DNA of 52,143 nt from Flavobacteriales bacterium. GTDB lineage: Bacteria > Bacteroidota > Bacteroidia > Flavobacteriales > TMED113. Under the pieces are notes generated by a model. The model did no database searches. It saw only the letters and a list, made by a program, of their open reading frames with translations, and was not told the origin of the DNA. Below are positions 27,919-36,654 of this stretch, piece after piece (the stretch's first letter is position 1; each line of letters starts with the position of its first letter). Made by a program: the position numbers and the translations under genes. The DNA lies in contig PBKX01000022.1 of NCBI GenBank assembly GCA_002722215.1, positions 6,815-58,957 of the forward strand, given 5' to 3'.

Positions 27919-29010
27919 CTATTGTAGGATAATAATTTTTTGGTATTTTTTTAATTTGCTAGATGGTAATAAGTTATTCCATAATAATAAATCTTCTACC
28001 TTGGTATTATATTGTCTAGCAATTTGGAATAAGTCTTCTCTTGTTTCACATATATGGACAATTGTATCTATAGTATTTGAATATAGATACTTTTTTGAAG
28101 GTATTTTTAAATCATATATTTTGCCTTCTTTTTTTGATATTTTATTGTTTAAAATCCAAGGATTAAATTGTTTTATGATTTTGTAATTTATGCCTATTTT
28201 TAATGCAAATTCGGCAATATTGTAAATAGCACTATCTATTTTTAAAATAGATGATTCTGGAAAATCATAATAGTCATTATTGTTGAGAATAAAGCCATAT
28301 TTTTCATGGTTTTCTATTATTTCTTTAATGGCAATAATTCTAAAAACATATCGATATGTTTCGTTATTCAGCATTAAATCATAGTAATTATTAACTTTTT
28401 GTAATTCAATTTCTTTTTTCAATCCATATTTGCCCATATTATAAGATGCTGCGGCTAAGGTCCAACTACCAAACTCTTTAAATGCGTTCTGTATATAATT
28501 GCAAGCTGATTGTGTTGATTTTTCTATATGATACCTTTCATCTATTTCACTATTTATTTCTAGGTTATATTCAATTCCAGTTTCTTTTAGAAATTGCCAG
28601 AATCCTTTTGCCCCAGAGGGAGAAGTCACTTGTTCTAATCCACTTTCTGCTACTGCTAAATATTTAAAATCATCAGGGATGTTATTGTCCGCTAATATTT
28701 TTTCAATAATTGGAAAGTATTTGTTTGATCTTTTGATAAGTAACATAGTTTTTGATTGCCAATATGTGTTCACTAATATTTCTTTATCTAATCGTTCCCT
28801 TATGTCTAATTTCTTTATTGGAACCTTTTCTCCTGCAAAATCTATATTTTCAGGAAGGTTAGTTGCGTAGATATTGTAATACTCATGATCTTCAAATTGA
28901 GCATATGTTACTTTAATGGTTAAAAAACATAATATGAGTATTATCGCAGATAAGTTTATTTTAGGCATTAATTTCATTGGATGTGATATATTTCTGAAGA
29001 GATATTCCAT
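27919..29010 (-). CDS. Membrane-bound lytic murein transglycosylase (SLT domain) with C-terminal LysM
   Basis: AVAESGLEQVTSPSGAKGFWQF SLT catalytic block and a C-terminal LysM-like HICETREDLFQIARQYNTKVEDLLLWNNL. The true start is probably an internal Met (28977 or 28968), because the first 50 nt overlap rfbC. Confidence 0.8.
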   Translation of the reverse strand: MEYLFRNISHPMKLMPKINLSAIILILCFLTIKVTYAQFEDHEYYNIYATNLPENIDFAGEKVPIKKLDIRERLDKEILVNTYWQSKTMLLIKRSNKYFPIIEKILADNNIPDDFKYLAVAESGLEQVTSPSGAKGFWQFLKETGIEYNLEINSEIDERYHIEKSTQSACNYIQNAFKEFGSWTLAAASYNMGKYGLKKEIELQKVNNYYDLMLNNETYRYVFRIIAIKEIIENHEKYGFILNNNDYYDFPESSILKIDSAIYNIAEFALKIGINYKIIKQFNPWILNNKISKKEGKIYDLKIPSKKYLYSNTIDTIVHICETREDLFQIARQYNTKVEDLLLWNNLLPSSKLKKYQKIIILQ

Positions 29011-29512
29011 TGTTATCTTTTTTTGATATTATAGGATTCATAATTCCCCATGGAATCCCAATGTCCTTGTCATTCCATTTAATTGTATGTTCATTTTTTG
29101 GATTATATGGTCCAGAGCATTTATAAGAAAAAATAGTATTATCCTCTAGTGACAAAAAACCATGTGCCATGCCAGAAGGAACTAGCAGTCCAGTGTTATT
29201 ATTCTTTAACTCTATGGTAAAATATTCACCAAATGTTTTTGATTCTTTTCTAATGTCGACTACTACGTCCAACACTTTTCCTCTAATCACACTAATATAC
29301 TTTATTTGCCCATATGGTTGATTTTGAAAATGTAAACCTCTGATTACATTTTTTCTAGATATAGATATATTATCTTGTGAAAAATTAATATTTAAATTTT
29401 GATTTTGAAAGTTTGTATGATTCCATATTTCCATAAACTGACCTCTTTCGTCAGAGAAAATTTCATTTTTGATAATAAAAAGCCCATTTATGTTTGTTTG
29501 TATCTTTTTCAT
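28961..29512 (-). CDS. rfbC: dTDP-4-dehydrorhamnose 3,5-epimerase
   Basis: 183-aa cupin with DERGQFMEIWN, IRGLHFQ and VLDVVVDIRKESKTFG blocks. No rfbA, rfbB or rfbD in the window. Confidence 0.88.
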   Translation of the reverse strand: MKKIQTNINGLFIIKNEIFSDERGQFMEIWNHTNFQNQNLNINFSQDNISISRKNVIRGLHFQNQPYGQIKYISVIRGKVLDVVVDIRKESKTFGEYFTIELKNNNTGLLVPSGMAHGFLSLEDNTIFSYKCSGPYNPKNEHTIKWNDKDIGIPWGIMNPIISKKDNNGISLQKYITSNEINA

Positions 29513-29949
29513 TTATTCAATGCTATATACATAGTTTTATGTGGTCCAATATCTTTGATGTGATAAATACCTTTTACACTTTTCATATTAACTGATTCAT
29601 AAAAAGGTATTGCTATTAGTCTGGCATCACACCATAATAATGTTATTTTTTTACTTTTCAAAATATCAAGCCCTTTTAGAAATAACATTTTTCCAGCGCC
29701 TCTTTTCCGATACTCTTTGTGAGTAGCCATAGCCCTTAATCTATATTGACGCGTGTCAGTAAATTTTGAGTTATTTTCTTTAACAAATGTGCCAATGCTG
29801 ATGACTTTATTATTAAGGAAAGTGCCTAGGTGGAATGTGTTTGGATCATTGTCGACAGATATTGTGTAATCATTGTGTTTGATATGTGGCCATAATACTG
29901 TTTTTCTGATCTCGTATGTGAGTGTTTTATTAATAATCTCGGTTTTCAA
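29509..29949 (-). CDS. GNAT-family N-acetyltransferase
   Basis: 146 aa with acetyl-CoA motif YRKRGAGKML. ATGA overlap with rfbC. Confidence 0.75.
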   Translation of the reverse strand: MKTEIINKTLTYEIRKTVLWPHIKHNDYTISVDNDPNTFHLGTFLNNKVISIGTFVKENNSKFTDTRQYRLRAMATHKEYRKRGAGKMLFLKGLDILKSKKITLLWCDARLIAIPFYESVNMKSVKGIYHIKDIGPHKTMYIALNK

Positions 29950-29958
29950 ATCTTTATA

Positions 29959-31065
29959 TTAATTTATAGATTTTTCAATATAAATGCTTCTTGATGGAAA
30001 CGCAAAACTACTATTATGTTTTTCTACAATATCAATGATTTTATAGTTGATATCTTCTTTGGTGTTTATAAAGTCATCCCATTCAGTTGAGTTGACATAA
30101 AATACAATCATTATATCAAGTGAGCTTGCTCCAAATTCCATAAATCGTACTCTTCCATCATCATTGGTCATTGGATGCTCATTAATCATGTTTTGCACAT
30201 CTTCTACAATACTTTTAATTGTTTCTTTTTTTGTGTCATATGTAAGTCCTATATTGAATTTTGCTCTTCTCACGGGTCGAAGTCCTAGGTTGTCAAGTTC
30301 TGCGTCTACCATTTTTTTATTTGGCACAGTGACTAAGCTTCTGTCAAATGTTCTTAAGCGAGTACTTCTAAATCCAACTTTTTCAACTACGCCTGTAATA
30401 TTACCAATATTTACTATGTCACCTACCGTAAATGGTCTGTCCAAAAAAATAGTAAATGATCCCAATAAATTTTCTAAGCTTTCTTTGGATGCCATCGCGA
30501 TCGCTATTCCTCCCACTCCTAATCCAGCAGCTAATGCAGTAACATTGACATTAAATATATTACCAATAATGATAAAAAATCCGAGTATAATAGTAATAAT
30601 TTTAACAGAATCAATTGCAAATGGTATCAGTTGGTCATCTAATTTAGATTCTGTTTTATTTGCTCGATATTTTAATATTTCTCCAAATACATCTTCAATT
30701 TTTAAAAATAATTGAATAATTAATAAACATAATACTAATGAATAACCTTTCTTGAGGATCATTTTTAAGCCAAAAACATCACTTGGAGCTAGATCCCAAT
30801 TACTTGGATAGTTTAATTGGTTAAAAGCAATATATATAAAAATCATAAATATGATGTTATTAATAGGCTTATTTAATTTTTCATTAAAATTACCTTCGAT
30901 ATTTTTTTGATTAATGATGTTTAGAATAAATCTAATAACACGTTTTGATATAAATCTTCTTATTATCAATGATAATAGAATAATTAATAAAAATGACATC
31001 CATGCTATAATAGGGTTGTCTAAAATTTGAAAATCTAGTGAAATCATAGTTTTTTTGTTAAACAA
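29959..31065 (-). CDS. Mechanosensitive ion channel (MscS family)
   Basis: Several N-terminal TM helices, then the MscS core GDIVNIGNITGVVEKVGFRSTRLRTFDRSLVTVPNKKM. Confidence 0.85.
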   Translation of the reverse strand: MFNKKTMISLDFQILDNPIIAWMSFLLIILLSLIIRRFISKRVIRFILNIINQKNIEGNFNEKLNKPINNIIFMIFIYIAFNQLNYPSNWDLAPSDVFGLKMILKKGYSLVLCLLIIQLFLKIEDVFGEILKYRANKTESKLDDQLIPFAIDSVKIITIILGFFIIIGNIFNVNVTALAAGLGVGGIAIAMASKESLENLLGSFTIFLDRPFTVGDIVNIGNITGVVEKVGFRSTRLRTFDRSLVTVPNKKMVDAELDNLGLRPVRRAKFNIGLTYDTKKETIKSIVEDVQNMINEHPMTNDDGRVRFMEFGASSLDIMIVFYVNSTEWDDFINTKEDINYKIIDIVEKHNSSFAFPSRSIYIEKSIN

Positions 31066-31070
31066 TTAAG

Positions 31071-31796
31071 TTATATTTTTTGAAATATCATAATAAGTCT
31101 ATTAGAAGATTCAGAATTATATTTATTAAGCGCATAGTCTCCAAAAGTATGTAGTAATTTCATCCTTGAATTTTTACTATAAATTATAAATTCTTTTTTT
31201 TGAATCATTCTTACTTTTTCTGTAAAACTATAACTATTTTCTGCATCTATGATGGATATATGTTTATAAATAAATTTTGTATCATGTGTTCTTTTAATAT
31301 TGAATTCGATATTTTCTACTATTTTTTTTTCATTGACTTGTAGATTGTTGGCGACTTTGTGGACATTAAGAAAGTCAATTATGAAGTATCCATTTTTTTT
31401 TAATGCTTTTTCTACATTCTGAAAAACTTGTTGATTATCATCATTGTTTTCAAAATACCCAAAACTTGTAAAAAGATTTAATACCACATCATATTTTTCT
31501 TTGAAACTAAACCTTCTCATATCTTGCAGTTCGAATCTTAATGTTTCGTTTTCATATTTTTTTGCTTGAATTAAGCTTTGTTTGGATAAATCAATTCCTT
31601 TAACACGAAATCCTTTTTTATTGAGATATACAGCGTGTCTTCCAGTCCCACAAGCTAGATCTAAGAAAGTTTGGTTTTTTTTTACTGTGATAATGTTTAA
31701 AATATTATCAATAAAAAAAGCAGCTTCTTTAGAGTCTCGATTCTTGTATAGAATGTGATAGTATTGAGAGTCAAACCATTGTTCAAACCAGTTCAT
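31071..31796 (-). CDS. Class I SAM-dependent methyltransferase
   Basis: Motif I FLDLACGTGRH and an acidic post-I residue (GIDLS). Substrate unknown. Confidence 0.8.
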   Translation of the reverse strand: MNWFEQWFDSQYYHILYKNRDSKEAAFFIDNILNIITVKKNQTFLDLACGTGRHAVYLNKKGFRVKGIDLSKQSLIQAKKYENETLRFELQDMRRFSFKEKYDVVLNLFTSFGYFENNDDNQQVFQNVEKALKKNGYFIIDFLNVHKVANNLQVNEKKIVENIEFNIKRTHDTKFIYKHISIIDAENSYSFTEKVRMIQKKEFIIYSKNSRMKLLHTFGDYALNKYNSESSNRLIMIFQKI

Positions 31797-31810
31797 AGGT
31801 GTATGCTAAA

Positions 31811-32521
31811 TTATATTTTTTTTCTCCAAGTCATTCCTGAAGATGGTGAATAGCTTGATATCCAGCCTAACTTTTTTAAATGCTTATGGTACTTAGATAG
31901 TGTTTCAATATCATTGCCTAGTTTTAACTCAAGTTTTTTGTCATAAAAATTTGGAAAATCATTTTTTTTATTTGTTCTTCTGCTCCAATTTCTAGTAGCG
32001 CTTTTCCAACATTTCATTGGGGCTCTTCCTACTTTCCAGCCTTTGGATTCATAATAATCAAACATTATTTCACTTTCATCCTCTGCTTTAATTTCTAGAA
32101 AATAATTTTTTAGCTCATTTAAGGTGGGTTTTTTAAATCGGGTTTTTTTAAATGCAATTATTTGTTTTTCTTTAGTTTGTTTTTTTGTGTCAATATTTTT
32201 CCCTTTTAATCCAATTGAAATATCAGGGTGAAGAATTTTAACCTCCATAGATCCATTTTTTTTAACTAGGACATCAATAAAATTGATCTTATATAAATTA
32301 TTGATATTATTTTTGATTTTTGATATGGTTAGTCCGGTTTTTTCTTGAATTTCCTCCAGGGTTATTTTAAAATATTCTTTCCTTTTTTTCTTTTGATATT
32401 GCTCTTCCCAATCGATGAGTTCAGAGAGGATTAAGGTAGACTCTATACCAATTTGTTGTATTAACTTTCTGTGTAGAACAACATACTGCGAGCGTGGGAA
32501 TAAAATATTTGAGGTGTTCAT
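31811..32521 (-). CDS. Hypothetical winged-helix/HTH protein with a phage DnaD-like C-terminal motif
   Basis: HTH-like LEEIQEKTGLTISKIKNNINNLYK. The Trp/Lys-rich block MFDYYESKGWKVGRAPMKCWKSATRNWSRR resembles motifs I associate with phage or plasmid replication-initiation helper proteins. The function call is weak. Confidence 0.35.
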   Translation of the reverse strand: MNTSNILFPRSQYVVLHRKLIQQIGIESTLILSELIDWEEQYQKKKRKEYFKITLEEIQEKTGLTISKIKNNINNLYKINFIDVLVKKNGSMEVKILHPDISIGLKGKNIDTKKQTKEKQIIAFKKTRFKKPTLNELKNYFLEIKAEDESEIMFDYYESKGWKVGRAPMKCWKSATRNWSRRTNKKNDFPNFYDKKLELKLGNDIETLSKYHKHLKKLGWISSYSPSSGMTWRKKI

Positions 32522-32569
32522 ATATTAAACAAATGTATTAATACGAATAAATATTTCCAAAGTCTTATT

Positions 32570-33247
32570 TTATTTCAGGCAATTTTTCCAAATTTCATCA
32601 TTATTTGGAGGTGGAGCTATAATTTTAATTTGTTCATTTTTGATTGGATGTATGAATTCAATTTTTCGTGCATGTAAATGAATACTGCCATTTTTATTTG
32701 TTCTAGACGCTCCATATTTTACATCACCTTTGATTGGGGAGCCCATTGTTGAGAGCTGAGCTCTTATTTGATGGTGTCTGCCAGTAATAAGCTTAATTTC
32801 ATATAGAAAATAATTTTTTAATTTTTTTCTTAATAGGTATTCTAGCTCTGCTTTTAAAAACCCAGATTTCTGTTCTTTAGAAGGAAATGATTTATTTTTA
32901 GATCGATTCTTCTTAAGAAAATGGATTAATTTCCCATTATCTGTATCTAGTTGGTTTTTGACTATAGCCCAATATTGTTTTGATATTTTTTTCTCTCTAA
33001 AAAGTGCACTGATTCTTGATAGGGATTTGCTAGTTTTAGATAGTATTACAATTCCACTAGTTGGTCGATCAAGTCTATGTGGCAGTCCTAGGTAAACATT
33101 GCCGGGTTTATTGTATCTTTTTTTTATATATTCTTTAGCTAAATCAATTAATGTTTTGTCTCCTGTTTTATCTCCTTGTACAGGTAGTCTTGGTGGTTTG
33201 TTAACTATGATGATATGATTATCCTCGTAAAGAATCCAATTTTTCAT
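32570..33247 (-). CDS. RluA-family pseudouridine synthase
   Basis: Catalytic HRLDRPTSG, plus KQYWAIV and TGRHHQIRAQL blocks. Confidence 0.85.
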   Translation of the reverse strand: MKNWILYEDNHIIIVNKPPRLPVQGDKTGDKTLIDLAKEYIKKRYNKPGNVYLGLPHRLDRPTSGIVILSKTSKSLSRISALFREKKISKQYWAIVKNQLDTDNGKLIHFLKKNRSKNKSFPSKEQKSGFLKAELEYLLRKKLKNYFLYEIKLITGRHHQIRAQLSTMGSPIKGDVKYGASRTNKNGSIHLHARKIEFIHPIKNEQIKIIAPPPNNDEIWKNCLK

Positions 33248-33249
33248 TG

Positions 33250-34080
33250 TTAGTTATACTCTTCACTTTTATTTGGAAATGTTTTTGTTTTAACATCGCT
33301 GATATATTTGGTTACAGCTTCATTTACTATGGCAGCTAAATCACTATACCTTCTCAAGAACCTAGGATTGAAGTCAGTGTTTAGTCCTAGCATATCGTGC
33401 ATTACCAAAACTTGTCCATCAACATCAGATCCGGCCCCAATTCCAATGATGGGAATTTTTACTAATTTCGTAATTTCTTTTGCTAGTGTAGCTGGTATTT
33501 TTTCTAATACTATAGCAAAGCAACCTGCTTTTTCTAGTTCAACTGCGTCTTTTTTTATTTTTTCTATTTCTTTTGTTTCTTTTGCTCTTACTGAATATGT
33601 TCCAAATTTATAGATAGATTGAGGCGTTAACCCTAAATGGCCCATTACTGGCACTCCTGAATCAATAATTCTTTTGATAGAGTCTACAACCTCGGATCCT
33701 CCTTCTAATTTAACAGAATGCGCTCCTGATTCTTTCATAATTCGGATTGATGAATCTAGTGCTTTTTTTGAATTTCCTTGATAAGAGCCAAATGGTAAAT
33801 CTACAACCACTAAGGATCGATTGACACCTTTGATTACAGATTTTGCATGATATATCATTTCGTCTAGTGTAATAGGTAGTGTAGTTTCATGTCCCCCCAT
33901 GACATTTGAGGCAGAGTCTCCGACTAATAATATATCAATATTAGCTTTGTCTAATAATTTTGCAAATGAATAGTCATATGCTGTTAGCATGGCAATTTTT
34001 TGTCCATCTCTCTTCATCTCCTGTAAACTATGAGTAGTTATTTTAGTATATGTTTTATTATTTTTCATTAATTGTGTCAT
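33250..34080 (-). CDS. panB: 3-methyl-2-oxobutanoate hydroxymethyltransferase
   Basis: MLTAYDY, LLVGDSASNV, VKLEGG and GHLGLTPQS blocks. Confidence 0.95.
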   Translation of the reverse strand: MTQLMKNNKTYTKITTHSLQEMKRDGQKIAMLTAYDYSFAKLLDKANIDILLVGDSASNVMGGHETTLPITLDEMIYHAKSVIKGVNRSLVVVDLPFGSYQGNSKKALDSSIRIMKESGAHSVKLEGGSEVVDSIKRIIDSGVPVMGHLGLTPQSIYKFGTYSVRAKETKEIEKIKKDAVELEKAGCFAIVLEKIPATLAKEITKLVKIPIIGIGAGSDVDGQVLVMHDMLGLNTDFNPRFLRRYSDLAAIVNEAVTKYISDVKTKTFPNKSEEYN

Positions 34081-35161
34081 TTTGTTCTATCATGGAATCT
34101 AAAACTCTAAGATATTCTAATTTAAATTCTTCTTGTTTCTCGATTAAAGATTCAATAGAATCAGAAAGTGTTTTATTTGTATTTTTTAATATATTATTTT
34201 TTTCTAATTGTAATTTTAAGTCTTTTGTCAGTGTATGCATAAAATTACCATTTTCTTTGATTAGATCTTTAAATGGTTCATATTTATCAATTTCTTTTCT
34301 TAAAGAATCTATTATTTGATTGCTGTATTTTAACTGATTTTCTAATATTTGAATTACTTCTTCAAGTTCATTGATTGCATTTTCCTTTTCTTCTTTTAGT
34401 TGGTTTTTTATGCTCTCTTGTTCTTCTATTAATTTTTGAGCATCTTCTTCACTCAAGTTAAATAATTTATTTACACCATTATATTCCTTGAGAGCAGAGA
34501 TATAGATATAATCAATTTGTACTTGTGTATTAGCGCCTAAATAAAATCCAAATTTACCAGCCATTAAATAACTCTTAATTCTTTCTAAATTATCATGGAA
34601 TTCAAACTTGTCGTTAATGTAAAACTCATATAAGTTATTCTTGACCCTTATAGTGATATCATTTTTCTCATTTCTTCTTAAATTTTCTGTGAATATCCAA
34701 TTATCGGTAATACTCTTTAGTTTTCCGTTTTTTAAATGACTTAATCGGTATTGTCTTACGGAATTAGTCTCAAAAATTAACCCTTCTTGAGTATCTGGGT
34801 TATATTTTAATATCAATCCTATAATTTGTCCAGTTTGTCCTTGTAGTTTTTGTATTACAAAACTTTCCGCTTCATTTTTTAGTCTCACTGATACTTTAAG
34901 TTCAAATTCCTCTAAATCATTCTCCCAGCCAATCAAAACAGGGTAGGGAGATTGGCCACTGCCAATGCCATAATAGCCTAAAGAGTCCATAATAATAGCA
35001 TATTTTCCATCTGTCCCAGTTACTATTGGAAAGGATGTGTTCTGTTGATAAAAATCTTCTGTAAGTATTTTTTGTGAAAATATCTCTTTTATTTTTCCGT
35101 TTTGGGATAGCCCTATGGTGGTTGAAAAAATAAAATAAATTATTATTTTAAATAAATGCAT
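34058..35161 (-). CDS. Secreted hypothetical protein: jelly-roll (LamG/DUF1080-like) N-domain plus long C-terminal coiled coil
   Basis: Signal peptide. Beta-rich N-half ending GKFGFYLGANTQVQIDYIYI. The C-terminal ~130 aa are heptad-like and Glu/Lys/Leu-rich. Overlaps the panB start by 23 nt. Confidence 0.45.
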   Translation of the reverse strand: MHLFKIIIYFIFSTTIGLSQNGKIKEIFSQKILTEDFYQQNTSFPIVTGTDGKYAIIMDSLGYYGIGSGQSPYPVLIGWENDLEEFELKVSVRLKNEAESFVIQKLQGQTGQIIGLILKYNPDTQEGLIFETNSVRQYRLSHLKNGKLKSITDNWIFTENLRRNEKNDITIRVKNNLYEFYINDKFEFHDNLERIKSYLMAGKFGFYLGANTQVQIDYIYISALKEYNGVNKLFNLSEEDAQKLIEEQESIKNQLKEEKENAINELEEVIQILENQLKYSNQIIDSLRKEIDKYEPFKDLIKENGNFMHTLTKDLKLQLEKNNILKNTNKTLSDSIESLIEKQEEFKLEYLRVLDSMIEQNDTINEK

Positions 35162-35183
35162 AAACTAAATTGTTTTATTATTT

Positions 35184-35191
35184 CAAATCTA
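35184..35191 (-). promoter_or_regulatory. Candidate -7 box (TAGATTTG on the minus strand) for the 34058-35161 gene
   Basis: Forward caaatcta. 22 nt upstream of the ATG at 35161. Confidence 0.35.
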
Positions 35192-35200
35192 CAAAAATTA

Positions 35201-35208
35201 TATATTTG
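35201..35208 (+). promoter_or_regulatory. Candidate -7 box (TATATTTG) for the DUF4249-like gene
   Basis: Exact TAnnTTTG match ending 4 nt before the ATG at 35213. Confidence 0.4.
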
Positions 35209-35212
35209 CTCT

Positions 35213-36523
35213 ATGAAAAATTTTTTTTCGATTATTTTAACTCTTTTATGTTTTTCTTGTGAAAATGATATTGATATTAATGCTGAATGGCTTGATATTC
35301 CAGTGGTTTATGCTATTCTTGATTCTGGCACTCAAGAGGACGCTGATGGTAGTGCTTTTGAAATGCCAAGTTCTTCTATAAATTTTAATTTTGATGAAGA
35401 TAGTGAGCCGGATTATAATTCTGTTCATTTTATTCGTGTTCAAAAAAGTTTTTTAGGATCTGGTTCAGCATACATCTATGCAAATAGCTCGGATTCAATC
35501 TATTATAATGAGCAGGAGATCTCTGTTTGGGTAGAGTTAGTTGATCCCTCTTGGTCTGATGATGTTATCCCTGCTAAAATTCCTTTGGAACTTGTTAATG
35601 ATATTGATTTACAAGCTTTAGATATTATTAAGGATGATGGTTTATTTAATTCAGAGAAATATCATTTATATAAATTGCCGGTTAGTGTATCTGATTTGTG
35701 TCAAGGTGCATGTGATAATATATATAAGGATTATAAAATATGTATTTTAAATCCTTCCACAGGAGATACCGTATTTTCTCAAACAAATATTGTACAACCT
35801 TTATCTATGTTCAGACCTGTTCCTAGAGGTAGTAGATCTATATTGAGATTAGGTTCAGATAATACTCCTATTAGTATTGAAATTAATCCCTCTAGAAATG
35901 CTAAAATGTATTCTATTTCCTTAACATTTAATTATTTGGAGCAGCCTAGAGACTCCTTTCTTTTTGATAAAGAAAATAATCTTACTTTGCCAACTAGTGG
36001 TGTAGTCCAAAAGTCTGTGACTTGGACATTTAGTGACGTGGTTGTGACTGATCAAGATCAGTTAAATGGAAGTGGTAATTATATTAAGAAAACATTTTAT
36101 GGGCCAGAGTTTTTTGCATTTTTGCAAAGTAATATCTCTGAACAAGATCTTTCACAACCAGAATTTTATAGATACCCATTATATTCATTTTTTCAAAATA
36201 ATAACGATGGTGTTGTGGCTGGTATTTATCACCGATGTGTTGACTTAAATATTACTGCAGTTAATTCAGAATTATATACTTATTTGAGTGCAAATGGGCC
36301 TAATTATGGTTTTAATCAAGAGCGACCAGAGTATAATAATATTACAAATGGTATAGGGCATGTATCTGCTAGGAGTATTTTAAATATGAATAATCTTAGA
36401 ATTAATCAGGAGGCTGGTGATTCTCTCGCTTTTGGGCAATACACTAAAAAATTAAATTTTGGTTGTTATAGTAATCTTGGTACAAGTGGTCTCACAGTGG
36501 ATTTCGGTTATTATTGTGAGTAA
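35213..36523 (+). CDS. DUF4249-like lipoprotein
   Basis: The ORF is open from 35156, but the Met at 35213 gives the lipoprotein signal MKNFFSIILTLLCFSC. The C-terminal NITNGIGHVSARS resembles the DUF4249 GxGxFGA motif. Confidence 0.5.
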   Translation: MKNFFSIILTLLCFSCENDIDINAEWLDIPVVYAILDSGTQEDADGSAFEMPSSSINFNFDEDSEPDYNSVHFIRVQKSFLGSGSAYIYANSSDSIYYNEQEISVWVELVDPSWSDDVIPAKIPLELVNDIDLQALDIIKDDGLFNSEKYHLYKLPVSVSDLCQGACDNIYKDYKICILNPSTGDTVFSQTNIVQPLSMFRPVPRGSRSILRLGSDNTPISIEINPSRNAKMYSISLTFNYLEQPRDSFLFDKENNLTLPTSGVVQKSVTWTFSDVVVTDQDQLNGSGNYIKKTFYGPEFFAFLQSNISEQDLSQPEFYRYPLYSFFQNNNDGVVAGIYHRCVDLNITAVNSELYTYLSANGPNYGFNQERPEYNNITNGIGHVSARSILNMNNLRINQEAGDSLAFGQYTKKLNFGCYSNLGTSGLTVDFGYYCE

Positions 36524-36557
36524 AAGGCGACAAAATGTCACCTTTCTTTTATCTTTT
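36523..36557 (+). terminator. Probable intrinsic terminator after the DUF4249-like gene
   Basis: aaaggcgac / gtcaccttt stem (9 bp with one C-A mismatch, loop aaaat) followed by the T-rich cttttatcttttt. Confidence 0.5.
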
Positions 36558-36654
36558 TGTCATATTTTTTCTATTTGAATGACATTTTAGGCTGATAAAC
36601 CTTTTGGTATAGTATTTGAATGTCTTCTATTCTAACTAATAAATTAAAATAATT

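Noticed and set aside
655-28870. Remaining short track ORFs nested in or antisense to called genes. They are 655-975, 1034-1240, 6436-6705, 7226-7507, 12998-13216, 24195-24398, 25819-26031, 27911-28186, 28482-28667 and 28679-28870. Later ones are 34050-34319, 35246-35443, 36066-36248, 36856-37038, 37182-37406, 40555-40776, 40894-41082 and 51039-51230.
   Set aside because: Each is fully contained in, or antisense to, a longer ORF with recognisable family motifs. None has its own motif, signal peptide or free upstream region.
30164-30715. 183-aa plus-strand ORF inside the MscS gene
   Set aside because: It lies entirely antisense to a motif-supported MscS CDS. The translation is low complexity (Ser/Leu/Ile/Pro-rich) with no motif. 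This is a shadow ORF typical of AT-rich DNA.
33308-33613. 101-aa plus-strand ORF inside panB
   Set aside because: It is antisense to a very well supported panB. Shadow ORF.
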